Assembly (NCBI GenBank): GCA_028687975.1 | Contig: JAQTZD010000005.1 | Location: 2,905-66,904 of the forward strand | Reading direction: 5' to 3' | DNA length: 64,000 nt | Source of the DNA: Sediminibacterium sp. | GTDB lineage: Bacteria > Bacteroidota > Bacteroidia > Chitinophagales > Chitinophagaceae | Shown: one piece after another, positions 1 to 9,588 of the stretch | Numbering within the stretch: position 1 is the first letter of the stretch | Layout: every line of letters begins with the position of its first letter | Made by a program: the position numbers and the translations under genes | Notes under the pieces: generated by a model | The model's input: the letters and a program-made list of their open reading frames with translations, nothing else | Databases searched by the model: none | What the model was told of the DNA's origin: nothing

Positions 1-494
1 AAATCCAATTTGGCTGCATCCAGACTGATGTTCGTAAATCCGGCAGAAATCCCTGCCGACAAATTGGTTCTTGGAGAAAGCCCGATATGATAAGCGTAGG
101 TACCATAGGCTGCGAAGCGATTCAATGGTCCGGTTTTATCGTTGATCACCGTAAAGCCAACTCCATGATGCGGCTCCGCTGCCTGATAATCCCGCCAGTA
201 AGCCGTACCCCTCGGATTTTCACCTCTGGCCCTGAAGCTGGTGGCAGATGATCGCTCATAATCACTTTTTTTTAAAGGACCGTGAATGGTGAGATAGGTG
301 GTTACAGGTGCATCCTGTAACCCCACCCATTGCATGCGGTGGCTGGCTTTTACATCCCAGTAGTTCTCTATACCGGCAACCGCGGGGTTGATGATATAGC
401 TGTTCATGATGTATTGCGTATAATAAGGTCGCTGCTGTGCAGCAACTCCGGTAAACATCCAGCAAAATATCAACAATATCCTTCCTTTCATCAT
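1..494 (-). CDS. PorP/SprF family type IX secretion system membrane protein (N-terminal part; runs off left edge)
   Basis: Not in the ORF track because it is truncated. Manual translation of the minus strand from 494/491 gives (M)MKGRILLIFCWMFTGVAAQQRPYYTQYIMNSYIINPAVAGIENYWDVKASHRMQWVGLQDAPVT..., the QQ-P-YTQY-N---NPA-AG / R-QW-G---AP-T PorP signature. The start overlaps the upstream stop (TAATG). Confidence 0.9.
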   Translation of the reverse strand, partial: MMKGRILLIFCWMFTGVAAQQRPYYTQYIMNSYIINPAVAGIENYWDVKASHRMQWVGLQDAPVTTYLTIHGPLKKSDYERSSATSFRARGENPRGTAYWRDYQAAEPHHGVGFTVINDKTGPLNRFAAYGTYAYHIGLSPRTNLSAGISAGFTNISLDAAKLD

Positions 495-3400
495 TACTTG
501 ATTATGGTAACCGATCCGCTGATGGTACTACGTCCATTTTTGGGGTTAATAATATAATAGTATGTTCCTATCGGAAGGGGCTTACCCTTATAGGTTCCAT
601 CCCATGGAACCGGATAGTTGACCGATTGAAACAACAATTGTCCATACCTGTCGAATACATCTACGGTTGCATCCGGATACCGGTCGAGGTAGCGAATCTG
701 CCAGGTATCGTTCACCCCGTCTCCATTGGGAGAAAATGCATTGGGCGGCATGGGGGGCCTCAATACTAAAATACTGATATTATCCGAAGCAACACATCCG
801 CCAATGCCGGTTACCTCCAAAGTATAGGTAATGTCGTCTGTAGCTGAGGTTACCGGAGACAATACATTATTGGCATCGAGATAGGTATCCGGCGTCCAGA
901 GATAACTTACAGGGCTGTTGGCAAACATCGAATCGGGCACTAATGCAAGAGAAGCGCCAAAGAACAGGGTTTGCCGGTCTTTCAGGAATACCTTGGGGTT
1001 GGGGTGTACTGTAACGGGTGAAGTAGCAGTATCGCTGGTACAACCATTTGCATTCACAAAGAACAAACTGATATTGTATATACCCGAGTCGGGGAATTGC
1101 TTCACGGGATTCATGAGTGCGGAAGTTCCGGCAGTTCCGAAATTCCAGTTCCAGGTTAAAGGAGCGCTTGAAATACCGTTGCTCTTATTCTGTAACTGAA
1201 TGGACTCCCCTGCACAAATCTGTGCCAATGAAGTGGTAAAACTGGCTTTGGGCTGCGGATATACGCTCACCGTTTTCTCCATTGAACTCACACAGGTTCC
1301 TCCGGAATATGCCTGCACCCTTATGGTATATTGCTGAGCGGAAGGCAACTGAAGATCCGGATAGGTATGTTTATATAATTTATCGGGTAGCGGATCTTCA
1401 TCCACCTCCATGGCATTTTGCTGATTGGCGTAGTCCCAGAATATTTCCAGTCGGGTTATATTTCCGAAGTTGACGGAAGATTTGTTTTTTATCACCACTT
1501 CTACCGGCTGGCAAACAGGTAAGGGATTGGTAATTTCAAAATCGGCATTGGGAATAGATCCATTTACATAAAATGGTTGCTCCAAGGTGTCTGCACATCC
1601 GGAAGCTGCCGTTACTTCCAGTTTGGCATTATATTGCCCGGCCGCAGCATATACAATACTCGGATGCCTATCTGCGGTTGTTGATGGTACACCGGAAGCA
1701 AAAGTCCATTTATAGGTTAATACAGTAGCATCCGAAATTTTGCTCTCATTGGTAAATACAGCAGCAGCATCTGCCAGACATACTTCAGGTGTTTTAAACG
1801 CAGCAACCGGTGTAGGCCTGATGGTTAAAGGTGTAGGCGATTGGTATACATCACTGGTACAACCCGTATTGGTTTTAACCAACAGGCTTACATTTTTTAC
1901 TCCTTCAGAGGTATACTGCCTGGTTTGCGTCACATTTGTTGCAATGGTGTCGGAACCTGCGCCATTATCGAAGTTCCAGATCCAGGAAACAAGCTGGTTG
2001 TTGTTGGGACTGGCTGCGAGCGTAGACTGGTTGGTAAAAAGGATATCTGTATTGAGGCAATTGGGACTGCTGTAAGCAAAACCGGCCACCGGTTTATTAG
2101 ACAGTTCCAGCGATTTAGTGGTAGTGGCCACACAGCCGTAATCGGTAATCGAAGTCAGTTTCACCGAAGTGGTGTAATTGCTGATGAGCAGATCCGGATT
2201 TTCCAATGTAGATGTAGTTCCATTCCCAAACTCCCAAAACCACTTGTAAACGGGCCTGCCAAAACCATTGGTTTCGTCTTTGAAGCGTACATTGGTATTA
2301 ATGCAACCCGAAGAAACCACGGAAAAATCTGCTACAGGCGGATCATTTACAACGATGTTGTCGATGATTTCCTGGTCGTTGTTATTGCTGCAACCATCCG
2401 ACTGCGGCACGGTGGTCGTAGCGGTAATAGTAACCGGGAAAGTGCCGGTTTTGGTAAATTTATAAGAGTTGGGTATAAAGTATACATGGTAGGTTCTTCC
2501 ATTCGAAGTATACGTGGAATCTGCCTGACCATTGGTTGGTACATAGGTATAGGGTGAGGTTCCCACCACATCGGGATTATTGCCAAAATCCAGCACCAGT
2601 TTGGTAGCCTCGTAAGGAATGGCTACAAATACTTTAAAAGGGGTATTGGTACAGGTGGCGGAATAGGTAATACCACTGCCTGCATAATCGTTGCGGATAC
2701 TGATGGGCGGGTTCAGGTCCACAATATTGGTACCTGCATTGTAACCGTAACTCTCGGCCATGCCAAAACCATAGGCAATGGCATTGAACCCGCTATCGGA
2801 ATAAAGCGAATGAGACATTCCCGAGCCAACAGGCAATATGGCATAGGAATAATCCGGATCCGATGGATGCGGTTTGAAGCTGCTGGCAGCAGGAGCTGCA
2901 CCATCCAGTTTGAAACTGGCCGCCCCTTCCTTCTTTATAACAATATTGATATAGCTCTGCTGGATTCCAAATTGATTGGCGGAGTACAATGTGATTTTAT
3001 TGATCGTTTGTTCCACCGGGCTCAGGTAAATCATTTCGGGATCCCCATTTCCGGAATTACCCTCTTGTCCCTGTGTGGTACAGTATTGTGCTACCAGGAT
3101 CGGTTGATCGGCTTCAATCAGGTTGGGTCTGGGCGAACTGATTCCGGTAAAATCCCCGTTCTTGAACTGGTAATAAAACCCATTGATGAGAGATGTTTTC
3201 GGAATCTCGTTTCCATTGAGTTTTACCACGGTTGCAGGATCTTTAACACAAATCCGGTAATAGTTGTTGGGCTGGGAACCGGTGGGAACCGTGAGGTACC
3301 GCAGGCCCCAGGCATTGGAAGGAAAAGCCTGGGCAAAAAGATTGTCTGAACTGCCATTGAGGGATGGCCCAAGGTTGATTTTACCGCTTCCCGAAAAAAC

Positions 3401-4117
3401 CGCAATGGGTTTACACCCCCCAGTTCCCCCTGTACTGATGGACCGGATTCTGGACCCGGTAAGATCGGCTCCTGAACCACCCTGTGTAGACCCCATCACA
3501 TTGTATATCTGCCCTTTGTTCAGTTTTATATTGGTAGGCTGGTTTACAGTCAATCCGTTCAGGTTGTTGTTGCTGGGCGTAATTTCTACCGTGGTATTGT
3601 CTTCTGTTGCTACCACAAAGAAAAAAGAATTGGATGACGGTTCATTAGAACGCTGTGTATAATTCACGGAGTAATAATCCCGCCCCAGGGTATTGGTAGG
3701 AAAAAGCACAGAGGCACCAGAAACACTTTGGTTATAAATATGAGCGTATGCAACAATTGCACGATCGCTGGTAACATGAATTCCTGTGTTGAATGTACCC
3801 GGGTCCATGATCCTGGCATCCTGTGACCCGGTTTTTGGAATGGGATCGGAAATCGCTACCTGGTTGGCCAAAACGGAATAGGTTCTGGAATAACCCACAC
3901 CCGGGATTTCCACCGTTACATTAGCATCCTGATCGGAAGTAAAATACAGGATCATCTCCTGCTGATTGATGATATTGGAAGATTGTGTGGGAGACATCCG
4001 GATATGATAACCATACCCCAACCAGAAATCTCTTCCCTTATTGGAAAACTCCTGCGCACTGATTTCCTTCGTAATAATCATCGCAAATACACACAGGATC
4101 AGATATTGGATTTTCAT
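494..4117 (-). CDS. T9SS type-B cargo: IgGFc-binding N-terminal domain, several PKD domains and a gliding motility-associated (CHU_C) C-terminal domain
   Basis: Signal peptide from MKIQYLIL (start moved from 4189 to 4117). SNKGRDFWLGY/YAHIY N-domain, repeated 'P-A-F...F-N-S...W-W-FG-G' PKD units, C-terminal PNAFSPNGDGVND...WDGTYKGKPLPIGTYYYII. Confidence 0.9.
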   Translation of the reverse strand: MKIQYLILCVFAMIITKEISAQEFSNKGRDFWLGYGYHIRMSPTQSSNIINQQEMILYFTSDQDANVTVEIPGVGYSRTYSVLANQVAISDPIPKTGSQDARIMDPGTFNTGIHVTSDRAIVAYAHIYNQSVSGASVLFPTNTLGRDYYSVNYTQRSNEPSSNSFFFVVATEDNTTVEITPSNNNLNGLTVNQPTNIKLNKGQIYNVMGSTQGGSGADLTGSRIRSISTGGTGGCKPIAVFSGSGKINLGPSLNGSSDNLFAQAFPSNAWGLRYLTVPTGSQPNNYYRICVKDPATVVKLNGNEIPKTSLINGFYYQFKNGDFTGISSPRPNLIEADQPILVAQYCTTQGQEGNSGNGDPEMIYLSPVEQTINKITLYSANQFGIQQSYINIVIKKEGAASFKLDGAAPAASSFKPHPSDPDYSYAILPVGSGMSHSLYSDSGFNAIAYGFGMAESYGYNAGTNIVDLNPPISIRNDYAGSGITYSATCTNTPFKVFVAIPYEATKLVLDFGNNPDVVGTSPYTYVPTNGQADSTYTSNGRTYHVYFIPNSYKFTKTGTFPVTITATTTVPQSDGCSNNNDQEIIDNIVVNDPPVADFSVVSSGCINTNVRFKDETNGFGRPVYKWFWEFGNGTTSTLENPDLLISNYTTSVKLTSITDYGCVATTTKSLELSNKPVAGFAYSSPNCLNTDILFTNQSTLAASPNNNQLVSWIWNFDNGAGSDTIATNVTQTRQYTSEGVKNVSLLVKTNTGCTSDVYQSPTPLTIRPTPVAAFKTPEVCLADAAAVFTNESKISDATVLTYKWTFASGVPSTTADRHPSIVYAAAGQYNAKLEVTAASGCADTLEQPFYVNGSIPNADFEITNPLPVCQPVEVVIKNKSSVNFGNITRLEIFWDYANQQNAMEVDEDPLPDKLYKHTYPDLQLPSAQQYTIRVQAYSGGTCVSSMEKTVSVYPQPKASFTTSLAQICAGESIQLQNKSNGISSAPLTWNWNFGTAGTSALMNPVKQFPDSGIYNISLFFVNANGCTSDTATSPVTVHPNPKVFLKDRQTLFFGASLALVPDSMFANSPVSYLWTPDTYLDANNVLSPVTSATDDITYTLEVTGIGGCVASDNISILVLRPPMPPNAFSPNGDGVNDTWQIRYLDRYPDATVDVFDRYGQLLFQSVNYPVPWDGTYKGKPLPIGTYYYIINPKNGRSTISGSVTIIK

Positions 4118-4197
4118 CAATAAGGGGGGTCTTATGGAAAGAGTCAAATTACAGTTTGAAATTAGCACAACTAGTTGAATTACCTTCAAAAGATGCG

Positions 4198-4827
4198 TTA
4201 AATTCCATGAGTGTTGCTTTTGAGTAAATTAATTCCACCAGGTCCGGCACAGAACAACAAATCGAGGATACTCATGTTGGGCATAAAACCAATCCGGTCT
4301 TCAAAAACCTGAGTGTACCGGACCGGATCTACCCCATCCGTATAATTTTTGGGCAAAACCCGGTTCCGGGCATCTGTTGTACCTGCTTCCGGAACATCCC
4401 GGTATTTTTCCGAGCATTCAATCCGGAGATCGGCTTTGATTTTTTGGAGTACCCAATGCAGCAGCAGCATATCCAGATCCATCAAGAATGCCGGTCTTTT
4501 TTCGAGCAGGCTAAAAAGCTCCTCCCGGTAATATTCAAAAAAAGGAGCTCGGTTGTAACAGGCTTCCAGGGTCCGGCAATGCTGCAGTACCCAATTGTCC
4601 CGATAGGCCACCCGAACATCCTTCATGACCTGTCGCTGGTTCCTTCCGTCCTGGAGCGGAACCGACAAATGAATGAGCCCATTGGCTCCCGGAACAATGC
4701 ACCGGTTGCGAAAACTCATTTTTTGGTAGTATTCATATTGTTCAATTTCAACATGTGTAAAATTAAACAAAATTTTATAGTAATTAACACTTCCAAAATA
4801 TTGATTTTCAATTAATAATAACGACAT
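4198..4827 (-). CDS. WbqC family protein
   Basis: QYFGSVNYY, SFRNRC-V, LSVP, Y--APFFEYY, Y-QVF---GF-PN-SILDLLF motifs. Confidence 0.85.
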   Translation of the reverse strand: MSLLLIENQYFGSVNYYKILFNFTHVEIEQYEYYQKMSFRNRCIVPGANGLIHLSVPLQDGRNQRQVMKDVRVAYRDNWVLQHCRTLEACYNRAPFFEYYREELFSLLEKRPAFLMDLDMLLLHWVLQKIKADLRIECSEKYRDVPEAGTTDARNRVLPKNYTDGVDPVRYTQVFEDRIGFMPNMSILDLLFCAGPGGINLLKSNTHGI

Positions 4828-5065
4828 AAAATATTTTGTTTAACCAGACCTGTTTTACCAGCTTACAACCGTTTTTTTCCTCAATTATACCTTTATTTAT
4901 TATTCAAATAAACACACTAATTAAATAATAATCAATAATTTAATACAATATTTTTATACTAAATTTATGAGTATCATTTTTGTTTCAAAAAAATACACAA
5001 ATCGCTAACAATTTTAGCATACAAGTTACGCATTTTTCAGCTTATTTTGCAGAAAATAAACTCCT

Positions 5066-5515
5066 TTGCGTACCACCCTACTCTCCCTGACTCTTTTATG
5101 TTTACTGGCTTCCTCCTGCACCAAACCCAAAGATTTTGAGTACCGGGACGTGCGCGGTTTTAAAGTAAACTCCCTTGGGTTTAAACAAAGCTCAGTGAGC
5201 TTTGAACTGGTTTACTACAACCCGAATAATTTTGGGGTAGACCTGAAAAAAATTGAAAGCGATGTGTACATAGACAGTTTATACCTGGGTAAATTCCAGC
5301 TGGATACCCTGATGCACATCAACCGGATGAGTGAGTTTGTACTGCCGGCTACCATACAGGTAGATATGGCCAATATGCTGAAAAATTCAGCCCGGATGCT
5401 GTTGAAAAAAGAAGTGCTGATTCAGGCAAAAGGGACTGTCAGAGCCGGAAAGTCCGGCGTATTCAAATCCTTCCCCTTTCAATACGAAGGCAGGAAGAAC
5501 CTGGGGATGTTCTAG
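5066..5515 (+). CDS. LEA type 2 (LEA_2/WHy) lipoprotein
   Basis: Lipobox LASSC; YNPNNFGVDL...DVYIDSLYLG pattern of LEA_2; TTG start. Confidence 0.75.
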   Translation: MRTTLLSLTLLCLLASSCTKPKDFEYRDVRGFKVNSLGFKQSSVSFELVYYNPNNFGVDLKKIESDVYIDSLYLGKFQLDTLMHINRMSEFVLPATIQVDMANMLKNSARMLLKKEVLIQAKGTVRAGKSGVFKSFPFQYEGRKNLGMF

Positions 5516-5571
5516 CAGGAATTGCACCGGGCAGGAACTACTACGGGCCAACATGTGACCAGCAGTATGCC

Positions 5572-5973
5572 CTATTGAATGGGAGGTATATGGCAGGGCT
5601 GTTTGGGCTTTGGACCACCCCCGTCTTCTGCCCGTTTACATACTGGAGGCAGTTTCGCATAGGATTCCGGGTTGGCTTTTTCCGTTTCTGTATCAAAACC
5701 TGCATTGTTGATGGCTGCCCGAATAGTGGATTCGTCGGTTCTGTCTGGCCAGAACTGAACTTTAATTTCCCCTTGTAACAGATTGATTTTCCATTGAATC
5801 ATACCAGATTCCATGTTGGCTTTGTTCTCTACCACCAGGTATTTCTCCAGCCTTTCCTTGCATTCCCAGCATTTCAGATTGGCCGATTTTATGGTAACCC
5901 ATTGTTGTTTGGGCATTTGTGCAGACAAACTGAGGCTGCAGCAACAAAGTGCAGCAATGATCAGGTATTTCAT
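5572..5973 (-). CDS. Exported heavy-metal-associated (HMA) domain protein
   Basis: Signal peptide MKYLIIAALCCCSLSLSAQ (start moved from 6033). CWEC (CxxC) motif, then IRAAINNAGF and Y-KLP-VC tail. Confidence 0.75.
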   Translation of the reverse strand: MKYLIIAALCCCSLSLSAQMPKQQWVTIKSANLKCWECKERLEKYLVVENKANMESGMIQWKINLLQGEIKVQFWPDRTDESTIRAAINNAGFDTETEKANPESYAKLPPVCKRAEDGGGPKPKQPCHIPPIQ

Positions 5974-5993
5974 ACGAATAATTATGATATCGA

Positions 5994-6629
5994 TTAACGG
6001 CTTCCGGTCCAGACAGCCGGGTCCTTGCTCCATTCCATCAGCAGGGCTTTTTCAGACGCTCCTACCAGTCCTTTTTCAATAGCCAGCTCAATCATGGTTG
6101 GGTAATTGGTCAGCGACTTCGTTACCACTCCTGCAGCTTCAAATGCCTTTACTGCCTGATCAAACCCATAATTGAAAATAGACACCATACCCACTATCTC
6201 TACTCCGGCAACTTTCAGTACGTCCACTACCTGTAAACTGCTTTTACCGGTCGAAATAAGATCCTCAATCACCAATACGCGCTGCCCTTTTGTAAAGGAA
6301 CCTTCAATCTGGTTGCCCAGTCCGTGCTCCTTTGGTTTGGGCCGCACATACATCAGCGGAAGTTTTAACTGATCGGCTGCCATGGCACTCCAGGGAATAC
6401 CGGCCGTTGCAACACCTGCCAGGGCTTCGGCTTGTGGAAACTGTTCAAAAATTACATTGCAGAGTTCACTCTTGATGAAATCGCGTACATACGGAAAAGA
6501 CAATACTTTTCTGTTATCACAATAGATCGGGCTTTTCCAGCCACTCGCCCAGGTAAAGGGATTGGAAGGACTCAGCTTCACAGCTTCTACCTGCAATAGT
6601 TTCTCTGCAACTGCTTTTTCGTTTGTCAT
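5994..6629 (-). CDS. pyrE: Orotate phosphoribosyltransferase
   Basis: FTWASGWKSPIYCDNR, YVRPKPKEHG, PRPP loop VIEDLISTGKS. Confidence 0.97.
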   Translation of the reverse strand: MTNEKAVAEKLLQVEAVKLSPSNPFTWASGWKSPIYCDNRKVLSFPYVRDFIKSELCNVIFEQFPQAEALAGVATAGIPWSAMAADQLKLPLMYVRPKPKEHGLGNQIEGSFTKGQRVLVIEDLISTGKSSLQVVDVLKVAGVEIVGMVSIFNYGFDQAVKAFEAAGVVTKSLTNYPTMIELAIEKGLVGASEKALLMEWSKDPAVWTGSR

Positions 6630-6691
6630 GATGCGAAAGTAACTCCAATTTTGAATTGGAAAATGAGAAAATTAGTATAACTTTTGTTGTT

Positions 6692-7117
6692 ATGAACAAA
6701 AAACGAATTGTTGCTGCAGGCGGGCTTGTTTTCAATGAAAACAAGGAATTGCTCATGATCCTGCGAAGGGGTTACTGGGATTTACCCAAGGGAAAGCTGG
6801 ACAAAGGGGAAAGCGTGGAAGCCTGTGCCATCCGTGAAGTGGAGGAAGAAACCGGTTTACGTAATATTATACTCGGTAAGTTTATTACCATTACCCTGCA
6901 CGAATACTTCGACACGTACCTGGATGAGGATGTAGTGAAGGAAAGTCACTGGTATCATATGCGTGTGGAAGGGCCTCAGGAACTGGTTCCGCAAACAGAA
7001 GAAGACATTATGATGATTAAATGGGTAAAGCGGGAAGCACTGCCCGAGTACCTGAACAATACCTATCCCAATATCATTGAAGTGATCCGGATTTTCTATT
7101 CAACACAGCAACCGTAA
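6692..7117 (+). CDS. NUDIX hydrolase
   Basis: Nudix box WDLPKGKLDKGESVEACAIREVEEETG; ATG 6692 preferred over TTG 6656. Confidence 0.9.
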   Translation: MNKKRIVAAGGLVFNENKELLMILRRGYWDLPKGKLDKGESVEACAIREVEEETGLRNIILGKFITITLHEYFDTYLDEDVVKESHWYHMRVEGPQELVPQTEEDIMMIKWVKREALPEYLNNTYPNIIEVIRIFYSTQQP

Positions 7118-7517
7118 TCCTGCTGATACAGACCAGTTTTTCCTGCTCATCGAATATCTTGATTTCCCAGACCTGTGAACTGGCTCCCCGGTGTATAGGA
7201 CGGGTAATACCGGTTACATAACCGGAGCGGGCGCTTCTTACATGATTGGCATTGATCTCCTGCCCCACACAAATAAATTGTTCGGGATTAACCGTTAATA
7301 CGGCAGCCACACTGCCCAAAGTTTCGGCCAGAGCCACGGAAGCTCCCCCGTGCAATAAACCATAGGGTTGTTTGGTGCGGTGATCCACCGGCATCGTGGC
7401 TTTCAGGTAGTCCGGCCCTACTTCTGTAAAACAAATACTCAGGTGTTCTCCCATGGTATTTTTTCCCAGACCTTCAAAGTCCTTCAGCGAAAGGTCTTGC
7501 TTAAACCAGATTGGCAT
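7074..7517 (-). CDS. Hotdog-fold thioesterase (PaaI/MenI-like)
   Basis: QPYGLLHGGASVALAET, INANHVR motifs. Confidence 0.9.
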   Translation of the reverse strand: MPIWFKQDLSLKDFEGLGKNTMGEHLSICFTEVGPDYLKATMPVDHRTKQPYGLLHGGASVALAETLGSVAAVLTVNPEQFICVGQEINANHVRSARSGYVTGITRPIHRGASSQVWEIKIFDEQEKLVCISRITVAVLNRKSGSLQ

Positions 7518-7535
7518 AGCTGTATGTTAAAGCGT

Positions 7536-8000
7536 TTAAAGAGAGTTGATGACAGCCTGCGGCAGGAACGGAGAAGCATCGCCACCGTTCAGCAGAATAT
7601 CCCTTACAATGGTGGAAGCCACCGAAGTATATTTGGGCTCTCCCGTAAGGAAGATGGTTTCAATTTTATTATCCAGCGTACGGTTGGCATCCGCAATGGT
7701 TTTTTCATATTCAAAATCGCTCACATACCGGATACCCCTTAATATAAAACGGGCGCCAATTTTTTCGCAATAATGAATGGTAAGCCCCTCGTACACCACG
7801 CTCTCCACTTTGGGCTCATGCTTGTAAATTTCCCGAAACCATTCCATTCGCTGTTCGGAACTGAACATGGGATTCTTGGAGGAATTGATACCGATGCCTA
7901 CCACGATTTTATCGAACAAAGGCAATGCCCTGTTGATGATGTCGGTATGCCCGAGCGTAACAGGATCAAATGTTCCGGGAAATAAACAAATGCGTTGCAT
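7536..8000 (-). CDS. coaD: Pantetheine-phosphate adenylyltransferase
   Basis: FPGTFDPVTLGH (HxGH), ILRGIRYVSDFEYE, SVASTIVR. Confidence 0.97.
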   Translation of the reverse strand: MQRICLFPGTFDPVTLGHTDIINRALPLFDKIVVGIGINSSKNPMFSSEQRMEWFREIYKHEPKVESVVYEGLTIHYCEKIGARFILRGIRYVSDFEYEKTIADANRTLDNKIETIFLTGEPKYTSVASTIVRDILLNGGDASPFLPQAVINSL

Positions 8001-8037
8001 AAATAGGATGGCTTTAATCGTTCGTTGTTGGTGAAGG

Positions 8038-8964
8038 TTAGCTTTCTCTTCCTGCCAGCAGATACAATGCTGCCATCCTTACGGCAACACCATTTTCTAC
8101 CTGGTTCAATATGATGGAATAAGGTCCGTCTGCTACGTCACTGTCCAGCTCCACGCCTCTGTTGATGGGGCCGGGGTGCATAATTACAATGTCCTTTCCG
8201 AGGTTCTCCAGCATTTTTCTTTTGATTCCGTAAGCCAGGTTGTACTCTCTCAGCGATGAGAAGAGCGGCTGGTTCTGGCGTTCCAGCTGAATCCGCAGCA
8301 CATTGGCCACATCGCACCATTTCAGCGCTTCCTGCAGGTTATAGGTTACCCTTACACCCAATGCCTCTGATATATATTTGGGAATCAGGGTTGGCGGACC
8401 CACCACCAGAATCTCTGCTCCCATTTTGCGGAGCAGGTACATATTGCTCAAAGCTACCCGGCTGTGCATGATGTCTCCGATGATGGCAACTTTTAATCCT
8501 TCCAGCTTTCCCAATTTCTCGCGCATCGAAAATGCATCCAGCAGGGCCTGTGTGGGATGTTCATTGATTCCGTCTCCGGCATTCACAATAGCAGCAGGAA
8601 TATGTTTGGCCAGAAAATGCGGTGCTCCGGAGGCACTGTGCCGCATCACCACCATATCTACCTTCATGCTCAGGATATTGTTCACAGTATCCAGCAGGGT
8701 TTCCCCTTTGGCAGCAGAAGAACTGCTGGCAGTAAAATTGAGTACATCTGCGGAAAGCCTTCTTTCGGCCAGTTCAAAAGACATTCTTGTTCTGGTGGAA
8801 TTCTCATAAAACAGGTTCACGATCGTAATGTCTCGCAGTGAGGGTACTTTCTTAACCGGCCTTTGTAATACTTCCTTGAATTGTTCTGCAGTAGAGAGAA
8901 TAAGCTGAATATCCTCTTTAGTGAGGTCTTTGATACCAAGTAGGTGTTTGGTAGATAGTTTCAT
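8038..8964 (-). CDS. pyrB: Aspartate carbamoyltransferase catalytic subunit
   Basis: FYENSTRTRMSF, NAGDGINEHPTQALLD, MHPGP. Confidence 0.98.
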   Translation of the reverse strand: MKLSTKHLLGIKDLTKEDIQLILSTAEQFKEVLQRPVKKVPSLRDITIVNLFYENSTRTRMSFELAERRLSADVLNFTASSSSAAKGETLLDTVNNILSMKVDMVVMRHSASGAPHFLAKHIPAAIVNAGDGINEHPTQALLDAFSMREKLGKLEGLKVAIIGDIMHSRVALSNMYLLRKMGAEILVVGPPTLIPKYISEALGVRVTYNLQEALKWCDVANVLRIQLERQNQPLFSSLREYNLAYGIKRKMLENLGKDIVIMHPGPINRGVELDSDVADGPYSIILNQVENGVAVRMAALYLLAGRES

Positions 8965-8984
8965 TAAAAATCAAAGATAATATA

Positions 8985-9506
8985 TTACACTAAAACCACT
9001 TCGTCTTTTTCATCATTTTCACGCCAGTTCACTTTTACCTTATCCGAAAGAATGGTATCAATGGCCTTACCGGAGAAATCCGGCTGAATGGGAAGTTCCC
9101 TGCTGAACCGCCGGTCGATCAGTACGCACAGCGATACTTTGGAGGGTCTGCCAAAAGCGAGCAACGCATCCAATGCAGCCCGGATGGTTCTTCCCGTGTA
9201 CAGCACATCATCTACCAGAATAACGGTTTTGCCCTCTATACTGAAATTGATATCGGTCTGATTGGCGATATGTAAAGTTTTTCTAACATCATCGCGGTAG
9301 AAAGTAATATCGAGCTTCCCATAATGGATGGGGGTTGTGCCCACCAAAGCTTTCAGTTCTGCTACTATCCTATCGCTCAGGAAAATCCCTCTTGGCTGTA
9401 ACCCGATCACAACGGTATTCGCAAGCCCCTGGTTGTTTTCCAGAATCTGATGAGCCAGGCGCTTCACGGTCAGCGCAATTTGCTGTTCAGATAATATTGT
9501 CTTCAA
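8985..9506 (-). CDS. pyrR: Bifunctional pyrimidine regulator/uracil phosphoribosyltransferase
   Basis: LDITFYRDD, LVDDVLYTGRTIRAALDAL, RELPIQPDF-GK; directly upstream of pyrB. Confidence 0.95.
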   Translation of the reverse strand: MKTILSEQQIALTVKRLAHQILENNQGLANTVVIGLQPRGIFLSDRIVAELKALVGTTPIHYGKLDITFYRDDVRKTLHIANQTDINFSIEGKTVILVDDVLYTGRTIRAALDALLAFGRPSKVSLCVLIDRRFSRELPIQPDFSGKAIDTILSDKVKVNWRENDEKDEVVLV

Positions 9507-9588
9507 TGCGGAAAATTTTATTAAAAATAAATGCTTTATTCCATACCAAAGCAGAATAATTAAAGGGGTTCTGCTTTACTTTGCCGGT

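Noticed and set aside
7074-7117. 44-nt convergent overlap of the NUDIX and thioesterase genes
   Set aside because: An ordinary compact-genome 3' overlap with no sign of a functional link.
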